Shown here one piece after another: positions 49,318 to 58,999 of a stretch of 64,000 bases of DNA. The notes under the pieces were generated by a model. That model made no database searches. It saw only the letters and a list, made by a program, of their open reading frames with translations, and had not been told where the DNA came from. The position numbers were made by a program, and so were the translations under genes. The DNA comes from Pyrodictiaceae archaeon. Lineage in GTDB: Archaea > Thermoproteota > Thermoprotei_A > Sulfolobales > Pyrodictiaceae. The DNA lies in NCBI GenBank assembly GCA_027036135.1, contig JALVSY010000007.1, positions 676,880 to 740,879 on the forward strand, read 5' to 3'. The stretch's first letter is position 1. Each line of letters begins with the position of its first letter.

Positions 49318-50376
49318 ATGGATGAAGTAGTGGCTTTGCCAGCTATCATAGAGGTTCTCAAAGAGATACGAGATGCACTAGCATCTACTGCCTTTCGCAA
49401 AGTAATGCGGAACAGGTTTACCCTGGTGGCGCTCTTCTTTGCCTCGATGTGGCTTCTCTCAGCCCTCTTCTTCTACTACGCTGAGCACGTGCACGGCGGC
49501 AGGGATATAGACTTACCTACTTGTCTCTATTGGAGCCTCATAACCATGGCCACTGTTGGCTACGGCGACGTTGTGCCAGAGACGGGGCTCGGTAGACTAG
49601 TTGCCAGTATCACTGCTATCCTCGGCATAGTGGCTTACACGTTAACGGTATCGGTTATAGCTGACGCTTTCCTCGAGAAGGGGATGAGGAGGGCAATGGG
49701 CCTAGCACCGCTTAAGCGGAAAGAAATAATCGTTATAGACAGCGACGAGACCTGCTGGGACCTAGTGGACGAGCTAGTAGCTAACGGGCTAGCAGAGAAG
49801 GTAGGCTGGTTCACCGATAAGCAGCCAGCCACGGAGCCTCCCGTGGACTTCTTCGTCGGAGACCCCATGAGGGCAGAAGATATGAGGAAGGCCGGCGTAG
49901 ACAAGGCGAGACACATAGTCCTATGCCTAAGCGATGACTCGAAAGCCCTACACGTAGCACTATTGGCCAAGAAGCTTAACCATGGAGCCAAGATACACGC
50001 GATAGTGAGGAGCAGCGAGCTAGCCGAGCTCCTACGAGAAGCAGGGGTAGAGACAGTTCTCTCGATAAGGCTCCTAGGCAGGGCACTAGCCTCAGCAATA
50101 TTCGAGCCAAGCGTGGTCAAGTTCATTGATGAAGCGGTCTCGGTTAGGGGGGTCGCGGACGTAACCGAGACCGAGGCCAAGAACCTAGCAGGACTAACGG
50201 TGGCTGAGGCACAGGACAAGCTAAGCAGGCAGGACAAAACCTACCGGTACCAAGTCATAGGCATAATAAGGGAAAGAAAACTAATCCTAGCACCAAGCCT
50301 AAGAGAGAAAATAATGTCAAGCGATAGGCTACTAGTGCTCAGGGTGAGGAAGGACCCGGGTATTGTGGAGCTTTAA
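49318..50376 (+). CDS. Two-TM potassium channel with RCK domain (MthK-like)
   Basis: Filter TMATVGYGD; C-terminal RCK/TrkA domain. Confidence 0.92.
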   Translation: MDEVVALPAIIEVLKEIRDALASTAFRKVMRNRFTLVALFFASMWLLSALFFYYAEHVHGGRDIDLPTCLYWSLITMATVGYGDVVPETGLGRLVASITAILGIVAYTLTVSVIADAFLEKGMRRAMGLAPLKRKEIIVIDSDETCWDLVDELVANGLAEKVGWFTDKQPATEPPVDFFVGDPMRAEDMRKAGVDKARHIVLCLSDDSKALHVALLAKKLNHGAKIHAIVRSSELAELLREAGVETVLSIRLLGRALASAIFEPSVVKFIDEAVSVRGVADVTETEAKNLAGLTVAEAQDKLSRQDKTYRYQVIGIIRERKLILAPSLREKIMSSDRLLVLRVRKDPGIVEL

Positions 50377-50566
50377 GCCCAGCTAAAAAGCCTTGAACAA
50401 TCAAACCAGGTACCACAATCACTTTATCGCGAGAACCAAGGGCGAAGCAACTAAGCTATCCACGCAAGATATTGGGCGGAAACCCCCGGATAGCGTAACA
50501 TCCTTTAAGAGTCTTCTCTTGATTTGGATAAGAAATTAACTTGGCTAGCTATAGTACGAGGATAAT

Positions 50567-50781
50567 TTGGGGAAGCTATTGGCTCGAGTTATAAGGGCTA
50601 GATACATGAGGGGAGTTCTAGAGCTCCTAGATAAAGTTGATTTAGGTGAAGGAGAGATAGTATCCGTAATAATTGAGGAGAAAAAATTATCGAACGGAAT
50701 AGCAGACATAGTTAACAAGATTAGGAAGAACACCCAAAGATTGATGACCCCGTAAAGGTTCTAGAGGAGTTAAGAAAATGA
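50567..50781 (+). pseudogene. vapB: AF2212-like antitoxin, probable frameshift near 50735
   Basis: IRARYMRGVLELL..GEGE; alternative frame KIDDPVKVLEELRK* overlaps vapC ATG. Confidence 0.65.
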
Positions 50782-51206
50782 TCGTTGTCGATGTTAGCGT
50801 ATTCGTAGACTCTTTATTTAGCAGCAATCCGGACAGGTATCAGAAGGCAATAGGATTCCTTAAGGCCGTTGATGGCATGCCATTATACGCGCCAAGGATA
50901 TTCAGAGTAGAATTGATTGCTGTGGCACGTAGACTAGGATTTAAAGGTAAACGCCAAGAACTACTAGGCATTGTAGAGAAGCTAAACCTTGTCGAAGAAC
51001 ACGGCATCATCAGCGTCACGGAATATGTGGCTGACCAAATACATCCAAGAGCTGTTGATGCATACTATATAGCCACCGCAATAATAACGAATAGTATCCT
51101 AGTCGCAAATGATAAGCTTATGGTCAAAAATGCGAGAAAGGCGGGAATAGAAGCCTCTTACTTACTTGAGGAATACGACGTCCTATTAAATAGAGTAAAA
51201 GGCTGA
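50778..51206 (+). CDS. vapC: VapC PIN-domain toxin
   Basis: VVDVSV, E, RAVDAYYIA, AND. Confidence 0.88.
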   Translation: MIVVDVSVFVDSLFSSNPDRYQKAIGFLKAVDGMPLYAPRIFRVELIAVARRLGFKGKRQELLGIVEKLNLVEEHGIISVTEYVADQIHPRAVDAYYIATAIITNSILVANDKLMVKNARKAGIEASYLLEEYDVLLNRVKG

Positions 51207-51351
51207 AACACGGAAGCTAATCGATTTCATCTATTCCAATCATGTTTGTCACTAGTGAATTTATTTTCCAAGGTCCGGTCTGTATTCATTTAGTATAATT
51301 TTCGTGGCCCCCTGTCAGGCACTAGGATGTTGCAATAGTCCGATGATTTCG

Positions 51352-51744
51352 TTAGGGGTCTATTCCTTTTCGGGAAGCCTTTTCGAGCAATCTTGAAGCT
51401 AGGAGAGCGGCATCACGGTATTTTCTGTTCCTAATTATGTCTCTCACTAGATCCATGTCCACGGCGGCGTATTCATGTACAACAATGTTGCGAAACCCTG
51501 CTATGCGGCGTATAAGCTCGTAGTCCTGCTCTGAGACAAGCCCCTCAATGCGCAGTGACTCCGCTGCCTCTCTAGGCGTTGTCGGCGTGTAGCCTAGCTC
51601 AGCAGCAATCCTCATCACCATATCTAGCAAGGCCTGTGACTGTATCTGGAGCGCGTGAAGCGCTGCCAACTCCTCTACCCAGTTCCTTATCCCATGCTCG
51701 GCAAACCAGTCAAGCCTCGCCGTCATCTCGGCGATAGTGTTCAT
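51352..51744 (-). CDS. hepT: HepT-like HEPN RNase toxin (DUF86)
   Basis: GFRNIVVHEY (R-X4-H-X-Y); frame extends to possible CTG 51765. Confidence 0.88.
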   Translation of the reverse strand: MNTIAEMTARLDWFAEHGIRNWVEELAALHALQIQSQALLDMVMRIAAELGYTPTTPREAAESLRIEGLVSEQDYELIRRIAGFRNIVVHEYAAVDMDLVRDIIRNRKYRDAALLASRLLEKASRKGIDP

Positions 51745-51748
51745 GAGC

Positions 51749-52195
51749 CTAGCTAGGACTCCCAGGGCCCCATCTCCTCCTAGCAGCCATTACACCGGTC
51801 TCAATTACGTGGAGCCTCTTTATAACCAACTCGTAGTCACTACAAACCATTACGCGGAGCAACAGCCATCTCCTAGCCCGCCCCCTCTCCTCCTCGTAGA
51901 CTAGGATCCCGTGCCTCCAGGCACTATGTATTATCGGGCACGGCGTATCATTGCTCGCCTCCACTACATCAACCCTGGCCCAATCAACACCAAGAACTTC
52001 TCCCACCTCGATACTTATCCTCAGCCTCCACTCAGCACCACCTCTTCCTCGAGGCTTAACAAGCAGATCAACATCCTCTCCAACACCCCTATAAGCAAGA
52101 CTACCAAACAACACAACCCATTCAACACCAAGCTTAGCCCAGTTAACCCTCCTTAGAGCACTCATTACCTCCTCGCGCCCAAGCATACCAGTCAC
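51749..52195 (-). CDS. mntA: MntA-like minimal nucleotidyltransferase antitoxin
   Basis: LFGSLAYRGVGEDVD, VDVV. Confidence 0.85.
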   Translation of the reverse strand: MTGMLGREEVMSALRRVNWAKLGVEWVVLFGSLAYRGVGEDVDLLVKPRGRGGAEWRLRISIEVGEVLGVDWARVDVVEASNDTPCPIIHSAWRHGILVYEEERGRARRWLLLRVMVCSDYELVIKRLHVIETGVMAARRRWGPGSPS

Positions 52196-52514
52196 AAACC
52201 GTTACCTCCCCAACAACTTGCCATTACGTATATACTCCCATTAACAGAGGCACGAGCAATAGTCCACGCCAGGAATAGATAGACAAAAACGAGAACTAGT
52301 AAACACCTTTTCTACGCACCTTCAAGGAACCATCATCCCCTTGTGCCTGCTTCTTAGCCCTCTAGCAAGCTTTCGGCATTAAGGCCCTTGAGCCTACTAC
52401 ATAGAGTCCCGAAGCTCGTTACTGATCCGACAAATCTAGGCCTAAGCTCCATGATGCTAGGGGTAGGATTCTCGCAGCGATCATGATGGCAACGAGGCAC
52501 GACAATATGAGGTT

Positions 52515-52835
52515 TCAACCGAGATTGGGAGATAGGTAGTACCACTTATCCTTCTCCTCTACTAGCTCTATGTGTACGTCTTCGTAGTCCGGTATTCCTG
52601 CTTTCTCTAGTATCCATGCCTTTATTTTCCCTCTCTCGAGCATGGATCTTGGCAGCTTCTTGCATACGACCAGTATATCTACATCGCTTGCAGGCACCGC
52701 CCTACCTTTAGCCCAACTACCGGTGAGATATGCTCTGCAGCCTAGAGACTCTACAACATTCCTTACGCGCTCGAAAACCTCGAGAGGATCAAGCTTTCTA
52801 GCCAGAAGCTTTACGACTCTTTCTGGCTTCAACAA
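52515..52835 (-). CDS. Minimal nucleotidyltransferase (MNT)
   Basis: YLTGSWAKGRAVPASDVDIL. Confidence 0.85.
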   Translation of the reverse strand: MLKPERVVKLLARKLDPLEVFERVRNVVESLGCRAYLTGSWAKGRAVPASDVDILVVCKKLPRSMLERGKIKAWILEKAGIPDYEDVHIELVEEKDKWYYLSPNLG

Positions 52836-53250
52836 AATTTATCACCTCTTCAGCGAACGATACAAGCTCTTCTGCATCCTCTTTACTGAATTCCTTGGGA
52901 AGATACCTTGCCGAGTAATACGCGTCTTCAAGTGTATGAAACTTGTACCTATTCCTCTTTATGAACTCGCTCACTTCATTAGCGAAGCCTAGCAATTCTC
53001 CCACAATATAGAGGAGCCTCCTAAGATTATGACTACGTGGAGCAACATCCGTGTACTCAAGTATTACCGACTTTAAATACAGCTGAACAGCCTGCTCGGC
53101 TTCAAAGACCGCTCCATCATAATCCCTGGCCTGCAGACTCATCTTAGCCCTGGCTAAGGCGTTCCTAGCCCTTCTAGCTAAGAGCCTCACAACATACTCG
53201 TGACTCTCCTCATCCACATTGCCTTTTCCTTTATCACGCTCAATGGACAT
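52798..53250 (-). CDS. HEPN-domain protein
   Basis: AEQAVQLYLK, HNLRRL, YYSARY. Confidence 0.88.
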   Translation of the reverse strand: MSIERDKGKGNVDEESHEYVVRLLARRARNALARAKMSLQARDYDGAVFEAEQAVQLYLKSVILEYTDVAPRSHNLRRLLYIVGELLGFANEVSEFIKRNRYKFHTLEDAYYSARYLPKEFSKEDAEELVSFAEEVINFVEARKSRKASG

Positions 53251-53293
53251 GCATTACCTCCTCGTATATACCGGAGAGCAGAGGACTAAAGAA

Positions 53294-53560
53294 TTACAGC
53301 CCCTCATAGTCCGACACCAATAACATGAGGCCCAAAGAGATAATGATACCCGGTCTCAGCGAGCCTATCATCACCCCAAGGCACTCATGCCACGACAAAG
53401 GGTCCAGGACTTCGGCAACAATGTCCTCTTCGCAGCCTAAACTAAAAGCCTCTAAAGTAGTTCTACTCGAACCAACAACACACGGCTTCTTACACTCGCC
53501 ACGGAGATCAATGCACACGAATCTCTCTATAGATAGCGAGTCCCCGTATCCGCTAGACAT
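53294..53560 (-). CDS. Small hypothetical protein
   Basis: ATG overlaps end of upstream PIN gene; no motif. Confidence 0.3.
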   Translation of the reverse strand: MSSGYGDSLSIERFVCIDLRGECKKPCVVGSSRTTLEAFSLGCEEDIVAEVLDPLSWHECLGVMIGSLRPGIIISLGLMLLVSDYEGL

Positions 53561-54002
53561 TATGGTGAAGAAGATCCCGAACCCTCTCCATGTCTCTCAA
53601 TAAGTAGTAGGCCTCTACACCAAGCTTCTTAGCACTTTGTGCTTGCCTCTTATCATTAGTCGATAAGATGCCATTAACTATAATTGCTACTGCTATGTAG
53701 TATGCATCCGCAGCTCGTGACCCTGTTTTCCGTGCTACTTTAACAGCTTTCTCGTAAATAGCTTCCTCCGGTATCAGCTTAATCGCGGGAAGGGTGTCGA
53801 GAACCAGGTCTAGCTCTTCCTCAGATAAGTAACGTGACAGAACGCCAACGATCTCAACAACCAATAGTTTTGGTTCATAAGCCTCTACGGTGCCTTGTGC
53901 AACAAGCCTAGCTATTTTAAGCTATGGCGGCGTGATCCTCGTTAGGGGCTGCATAGAGATTTATAAGCAATGAAGCGTCTAAAACGACTTTTTCTAGGCA
54001 AA
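53553..54002 (-). pseudogene. vapC: Disrupted VapC PIN toxin
   Basis: VVLDAS N-terminus near 53985 in another frame with stop/frameshift; C-part RAADAYYIA, TND. Confidence 0.78.
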
Positions 54003-54205
54003 ACGCTCACGCTCCTTAATAAGATCCTCGACGAGGTCCCTGCCACCAAGACGTCCTCTTAGCTTATTCCTTATCTCACGGGCAACCTGGGTAACATCTT
54101 TCTTAATTATTCTAATCCTGACACGCTGTCCTTCCCTGGGATTAAGCTTCTCAAGTGGCTTTAAAAAACACCATTTTCGTATACGGCCTCAAAATCCTTA
54201 GCCAT
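53994..54205 (-). pseudogene. vapB: AF2212-like antitoxin frameshifted in a T6 run
   Basis: MAKDFEAVYENGVF* then KPLEKL..REGQRVRI in shifted frame. Confidence 0.75.
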
Positions 54206-54485
54206 AACCTCCAACCCACTATATCTTCTAGCTACGACTCGTTTCCAATAAAAAACGAATAAAACGCTACTGGAGACTTACCTGTGTCTAAGTATGCCCG
54301 GGTTAGGAGCCACCAGCGAGGAATCAAGGAAATCAGTGAATATTACTGATTGGCTATTAAATGAAAAGCTTGAAGTATGTATGGATATCTTGTGCCACCT
54401 TTATACTATCTGGTGCCTGCCTTGGTGCTGGGAGAAAAGTTGTGATACGTATAAAAACATGTATCAGACTTATATCCGTACTTGG

Positions 54486-55697
54486 TTACTCGCTATAAGC
54501 TATTTCGCCCAGTTCCTCTATATCGAGTCCCTTAATTTGTTCCTCTTCTGGAACTCTAAGTTGCATTGTTTTATCAAGTATCCAGAGGATAATGTATGTT
54601 AAGATGAATGGATAGACGGCTCCTATTGTTGCAGCTGCTACTTCTTTGCCGAAGAAGGCTATGTTTCCATAAACTAGGCCATTGCTTCCCAGAACGGCTG
54701 ATGACCCGAATATTCCTAGTAGTATGACTCCGGTTAGACCTCCCATGCCGTGGACTCCCCAGACGTCTAAGACGTCGTCCCATCCCTTCTTGTTCTTGTA
54801 AGAGACTGCAGCGTACGCAACTAGCGCAGCTACGATACCAACCACCATGGCGGCTTGCGGAGGTATAAAGCCAGCGGTAGGAGTTACTGTTGCTAGGCCG
54901 GCTATGGCCCCGGTACAGAAGCCCACAGTACTTATTTTCTTCCCCATTGCAGTATCCAGGAGAACCCATGTGATTGCCGCAAACGCTGCCGCTATCTGGG
55001 TGTTCGCGAATGCTATGCTAGCATCTCCTCCGGCTCTTAAGGCGCTACCAGCATTGAACCCAAACCACCCGAACCATAGTAAAGCCGTCCCGAGAGCGAC
55101 TAGCATAAGGTTGTGTGGGCGATCCTTAACCTTCCTGGCCCCAAGGTAGAGCGCTGTTGCTAAGGCCGAGAAGCCTGCTGCTTCATGCACCACTATTCCT
55201 CCAGCGAAGTCCTCAACGCCCCAAGACTGGAGGAAGCCTCCTCCCCATACCCAGTGCGCTATAGGGAAGTAGACAAGGAATAGCCAGAGAGTTAGGAACA
55301 CGATATATGCCTTAAACTTCATCTTGTTAGCAAAGGCGCCAGTGATCAACGCAGGCGTGATTATAGCGAACATTAGCTGGAACATTACATAGGCTAATAA
55401 TGGTATCTTGTAAGCAGTCAGTGTCGTGTACTCGTTCATATGCATCAATAATGCATACTTAAGACCACCTATTAAGCCGCCGACATCTGGGCCGAAAGCC
55501 AGGGTGAAGCCAATCAACACCCAGATAATTGTTGTCCATCCCAGAGAGAACAACGATTCCATTAGTATTGTTAATGCGTTCTTTTTACCAACCAAGCCAC
55601 CGTAAAAGAGACCTAGACCCGGCGTCATTATCATTACTAGAGCAGCAGAGATCAAAACAAAGGCAGTATTACCACTACTAATCAGCGCCGGATTCAC
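54486..55697 (-). CDS. amt: Ammonium transporter Amt
   Basis: MTPGLGLFYGG, FQLMFA, DFAGGIVVH, WFGWFGFNAGS, DDVLDVWGVHG. Confidence 0.95.
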   Translation of the reverse strand: MNPALISSGNTAFVLISAALVMIMTPGLGLFYGGLVGKKNALTILMESLFSLGWTTIIWVLIGFTLAFGPDVGGLIGGLKYALLMHMNEYTTLTAYKIPLLAYVMFQLMFAIITPALITGAFANKMKFKAYIVFLTLWLFLVYFPIAHWVWGGGFLQSWGVEDFAGGIVVHEAAGFSALATALYLGARKVKDRPHNLMLVALGTALLWFGWFGFNAGSALRAGGDASIAFANTQIAAAFAAITWVLLDTAMGKKISTVGFCTGAIAGLATVTPTAGFIPPQAAMVVGIVAALVAYAAVSYKNKKGWDDVLDVWGVHGMGGLTGVILLGIFGSSAVLGSNGLVYGNIAFFGKEVAAATIGAVYPFILTYIILWILDKTMQLRVPEEEQIKGLDIEELGEIAYSE

Positions 55698-55975
55698 ACC
55701 ATAGCCGCCTCAAATCAGTAGATTCTTAATACTATTTAATAAACTCCGTCCAAGCCATGACAGTTAATCATTTATTAAAATAAAATTAAAAGATTAAAAT
55801 ATTAATAATTATATTAATTTTCTCTAAATAATTATATATTTCTATTCTTCTATTCTATATCTAATTAAGATTCTTATTTTAATTTATTAAATAGAAATAT
55901 TATAATTGTAAATTTTCGTAAATTTTATAACCTATTATAAGGGGAAACTAGAATAATACTATAAAATAAGTAAAA

Positions 55976-56452
55976 TTATGCATATAGATTAACTACTTTT
56001 CTAATGCCTTTCTTAATGAGCTTCCAAGCAGCAGGTTTAGAAACGTTAAGAGCTTTAGCAACGCTAGATACATTATTGTATTGCAAAGCAAAGAGAACCA
56101 AGGCCCTTCTCTGCCTTGGCGTTAGAGCCAGGGATCTTATATCATACTCGTTAGTATCAAGCACTCTTTGCTCATATTTTCTTAAAATCTTTCTCACATT
56201 AACGGAGTCAACTAATACAAAGCGCACAAACCCGTCATGTGTAATAATCGGAGATGTTAATGTATAGCCACGCCTTATTAGCTGAGCAAACATGCATTCT
56301 TCGTTTCTCTTCCTTATCCTAATGATACTGCCCCCGCTTAGCAATATGTGCTCTATTCTATCACAGCCTAGTAGTCGGTATCCTATGTAGACCGCTGGTT
56401 CTGCTTCTTTGACCTCTCTACAAGGCTCCATAGATACGAGTAGAGTTTTCAT
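55976..56452 (-). CDS. Transcriptional regulator with C-terminal HTH (bacterio-opsin-activator HTH_10-like)
   Basis: LTPRQRRAL..SSVAKALNVSKPAAWKLIKKG; divergent from qNOR. Confidence 0.72.
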   Translation of the reverse strand: MKTLLVSMEPCREVKEAEPAVYIGYRLLGCDRIEHILLSGGSIIRIRKRNEECMFAQLIRRGYTLTSPIITHDGFVRFVLVDSVNVRKILRKYEQRVLDTNEYDIRSLALTPRQRRALVLFALQYNNVSSVAKALNVSKPAAWKLIKKGIRKVVNLYA

Positions 56453-56527
56453 ATCTTAAATCACAGCCCCCGTGAAGCTAATTATATCATCACTACTTAA
56501 TATGATTAACGCGTGCTTATTTAACAC

Positions 56528-56547
56528 TGGTTAATAAAAGTTAACCA
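56528..56547. promoter_or_regulatory. Inverted repeat TGGTTAA-N6-TTAACCA, candidate operator
   Basis: In divergent regulator/qNOR spacer. Confidence 0.55.
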
Positions 56548-56603
56548 CGAAGCCTATCAAGAAACCATACTCTAAGGTATACACGCGTGAAAGGTGAAGC
56601 CCT

Positions 56604-58790
56604 ATGGCTAATGATAATGGCAAGAAAGTTAACGGTTGGAGCCTCCTAGTACTAATAGCGACCATTGCTGTATACGCAGGTTACTTAGCTGGCGCATTGT
56701 ATACATATGAACATTTACCACCAATTCCTGCCGAAGTTCGTACAGCTAGCGGTAAAGTACTCTTCACGGGCAAGGATATCGTAGAGGGTAAGTGGCTTGT
56801 CCAGCGCTATGGTTTACAAGACTATGGCAGCATACTTGGCTTTGGGGGCTATTTTGGACCAGATTACACGGCATACGTTTCCAAGATGATAGCCGATGCA
56901 GCGATTCATAACAGTCCAGGAGTTCACGTGAAGCCGTCCAGTCTAGTAAAGATAGTCAAGGATGGAGATAAGACAGTATTTATTGTAGCAAAGCCAGTGG
57001 CCGAGGCGTATGAGAGAGCTGTCAAGTTCTTCGAGAACTTCTTCGCAGGAAAATACGGCTCCACGAGGCTAGCCAGTGGTCTTTTCACAAATAGCGACAT
57101 AAAGAAAATGGTTTCGTACTTCACATGGACAGCACTAATAGCGCTAAAGGGCTATACGCATGGCTTTCCATACACGAAGGGCTTGCTTAAGCCCAATATA
57201 AACGCTATGCGGGCCACTTGGGTCACATTAATAATCTTCATGGCTGCCGTGATGCCACTAACGGCATATATAATAATAAAGTTCATTGACTACTGGAAGG
57301 ATGAGAGAATAAGCATTAATTTACCAAGACCAAACAAGGCACAGAGGCTAACGCTTCTAGGTATGGCTCTCGCGATGATAGGGCTTGGCGTACAAGGCCT
57401 CCTAGGCGGCTATATGATGCATCTCTACGCTGATCCAACGCTTTACGGGCTCGATCTACACAATATATTGCCATTTAATGTAGCAAGGGGCCTACACTAT
57501 AACCTCGCAATATTATGGATAGCTATAACCTGGGTCAGCTTCGCGCTCTTTACGCTGCCCTACTTCGGCGTGAAGCTGGACGAGAAGAAGGTACTAATGA
57601 TACTCATAGCGGCTACTGTGGTATCTCTGGGAGCACTCCTAGGACTATGGGCCTCATACCTAGGCAAGATACCAGCCACAGACAATCTATGGTTCATAAT
57701 AGGAAGCCAGGGACGCCCCGTTGTAAGCGCTGGCACTCTTTGGCTCCTCCTAATAGCAGCGCTGCTTGGATATATGTCCTACACGGTGTACCAGGCCTCT
57801 AAGATAAACCAGTACCCGCTTAATACCCTCTTAAAGATACTCGCCATAGGCCTCGGAGGCACAGCATTTGGTACCTTCGTAGGCGCTTTACCGATAGTAA
57901 GGCCCTTCAAGAACTTCACGCTGGACGAGTACTTCAGATGGATAACAATCCATGCCTTCGTTGAGGGCTTCTGGCCAGGAATAGTGTCATCTATACTAAT
58001 AATACTGCTCGTTATAGCTGGCATGGTGCCTCCTAGGCTTGCCGTGGCAGCGGCGGGCACTGATGCAAGCCTAGAAATAATTAGCGGAATGATAGGCACT
58101 GCTCACCACTACTACTGGGGCGGACAGCCAACGTTCTGGATGTACGTCGGCGCTGCCCTAAGCACTCTCGAGGTCATACCAATAGGGTTCCTAATGGCGT
58201 ACTCAATAGTCCTATGGCGTAGAGGGGAGATAAAGACAGAGCTACAGAAGACGCTGCTCACATTCATCCTAGTAGCAGGCATAGGCGGCGGTCTCGGAGT
58301 AGTAGCGTTTGGAGCAGGATTACTGAACATGCCGATACTGAACTATTATCTTCACGGCACACAGGCAACGATGCTTCACGCGCATCTAGCAATGCCCCTA
58401 GCCTACGGCATACCATCGATGCTGATGTGGGTTGTAGCCTTCTACCTAGCTGGTGCCCTAACGGATAGGCATCTATCTATTGCGCGGAAAGCTGCAGTAA
58501 TAATAGCGATAGGTTTCTATCTCCAAGCACTTGTCCTAGGAATAATGGCGTATAGACAGTTCCAGGCAGAGACGAATCTAGGGTACTGGGCTGTTAAGGG
58601 AATCGTGACTCCAAGCGGTAAACCAGGCATATGGACCACGATGACTGGCGTAATATGGAGCAGACTGGTAGGCGACTTAGTGGCTGCCGCTGGGATGTTA
58701 ATGCTGATGGTGCCCATGTTGTTTAACCTGCCAAAAGCGCTGCATGAACCAGTACTAGTAGAGACCAAGGAGGCTATAAGAAGAAAATAA
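56604..58790 (+). CDS. Quinol-dependent nitric oxide reductase (qNOR)
   Basis: PPIP, YGSILGFGGYFGPDYTA, RGLH, HAFVEG, GTAHHYYW, HAHLA, RLVGD. Confidence 0.9.
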   Translation: MANDNGKKVNGWSLLVLIATIAVYAGYLAGALYTYEHLPPIPAEVRTASGKVLFTGKDIVEGKWLVQRYGLQDYGSILGFGGYFGPDYTAYVSKMIADAAIHNSPGVHVKPSSLVKIVKDGDKTVFIVAKPVAEAYERAVKFFENFFAGKYGSTRLASGLFTNSDIKKMVSYFTWTALIALKGYTHGFPYTKGLLKPNINAMRATWVTLIIFMAAVMPLTAYIIIKFIDYWKDERISINLPRPNKAQRLTLLGMALAMIGLGVQGLLGGYMMHLYADPTLYGLDLHNILPFNVARGLHYNLAILWIAITWVSFALFTLPYFGVKLDEKKVLMILIAATVVSLGALLGLWASYLGKIPATDNLWFIIGSQGRPVVSAGTLWLLLIAALLGYMSYTVYQASKINQYPLNTLLKILAIGLGGTAFGTFVGALPIVRPFKNFTLDEYFRWITIHAFVEGFWPGIVSSILIILLVIAGMVPPRLAVAAAGTDASLEIISGMIGTAHHYYWGGQPTFWMYVGAALSTLEVIPIGFLMAYSIVLWRRGEIKTELQKTLLTFILVAGIGGGLGVVAFGAGLLNMPILNYYLHGTQATMLHAHLAMPLAYGIPSMLMWVVAFYLAGALTDRHLSIARKAAVIIAIGFYLQALVLGIMAYRQFQAETNLGYWAVKGIVTPSGKPGIWTTMTGVIWSRLVGDLVAAAGMLMLMVPMLFNLPKALHEPVLVETKEAIRRK

Positions 58791-58999
58791 TACAAAAACC
58801 CTTTAACTACTAACGATATCTAGATACTTGTTTAAAAGTTACTAACTAAGTTTTTTATATAAATTATGTATTGAGGCATCTATATCTGATTCTAGAGTGT
58901 GCTAAAGCGTCTAATTATATTATTTCATATCCGCTCAGATATTGAAGGATAGCGAAAAAGCAGACAAGTGGTCTCTCTTTGAAGAGGGGCTAATAGTTC

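Noticed and set aside
50400-54300. IS element or integrated virus carrying the TA genes
   Set aside because: No transposase, integrase, tRNA or terminal repeats seen
55730-55976. CRISPR leader or array
   Set aside because: No repeat-spacer units here or anywhere in the window, and no cas genes
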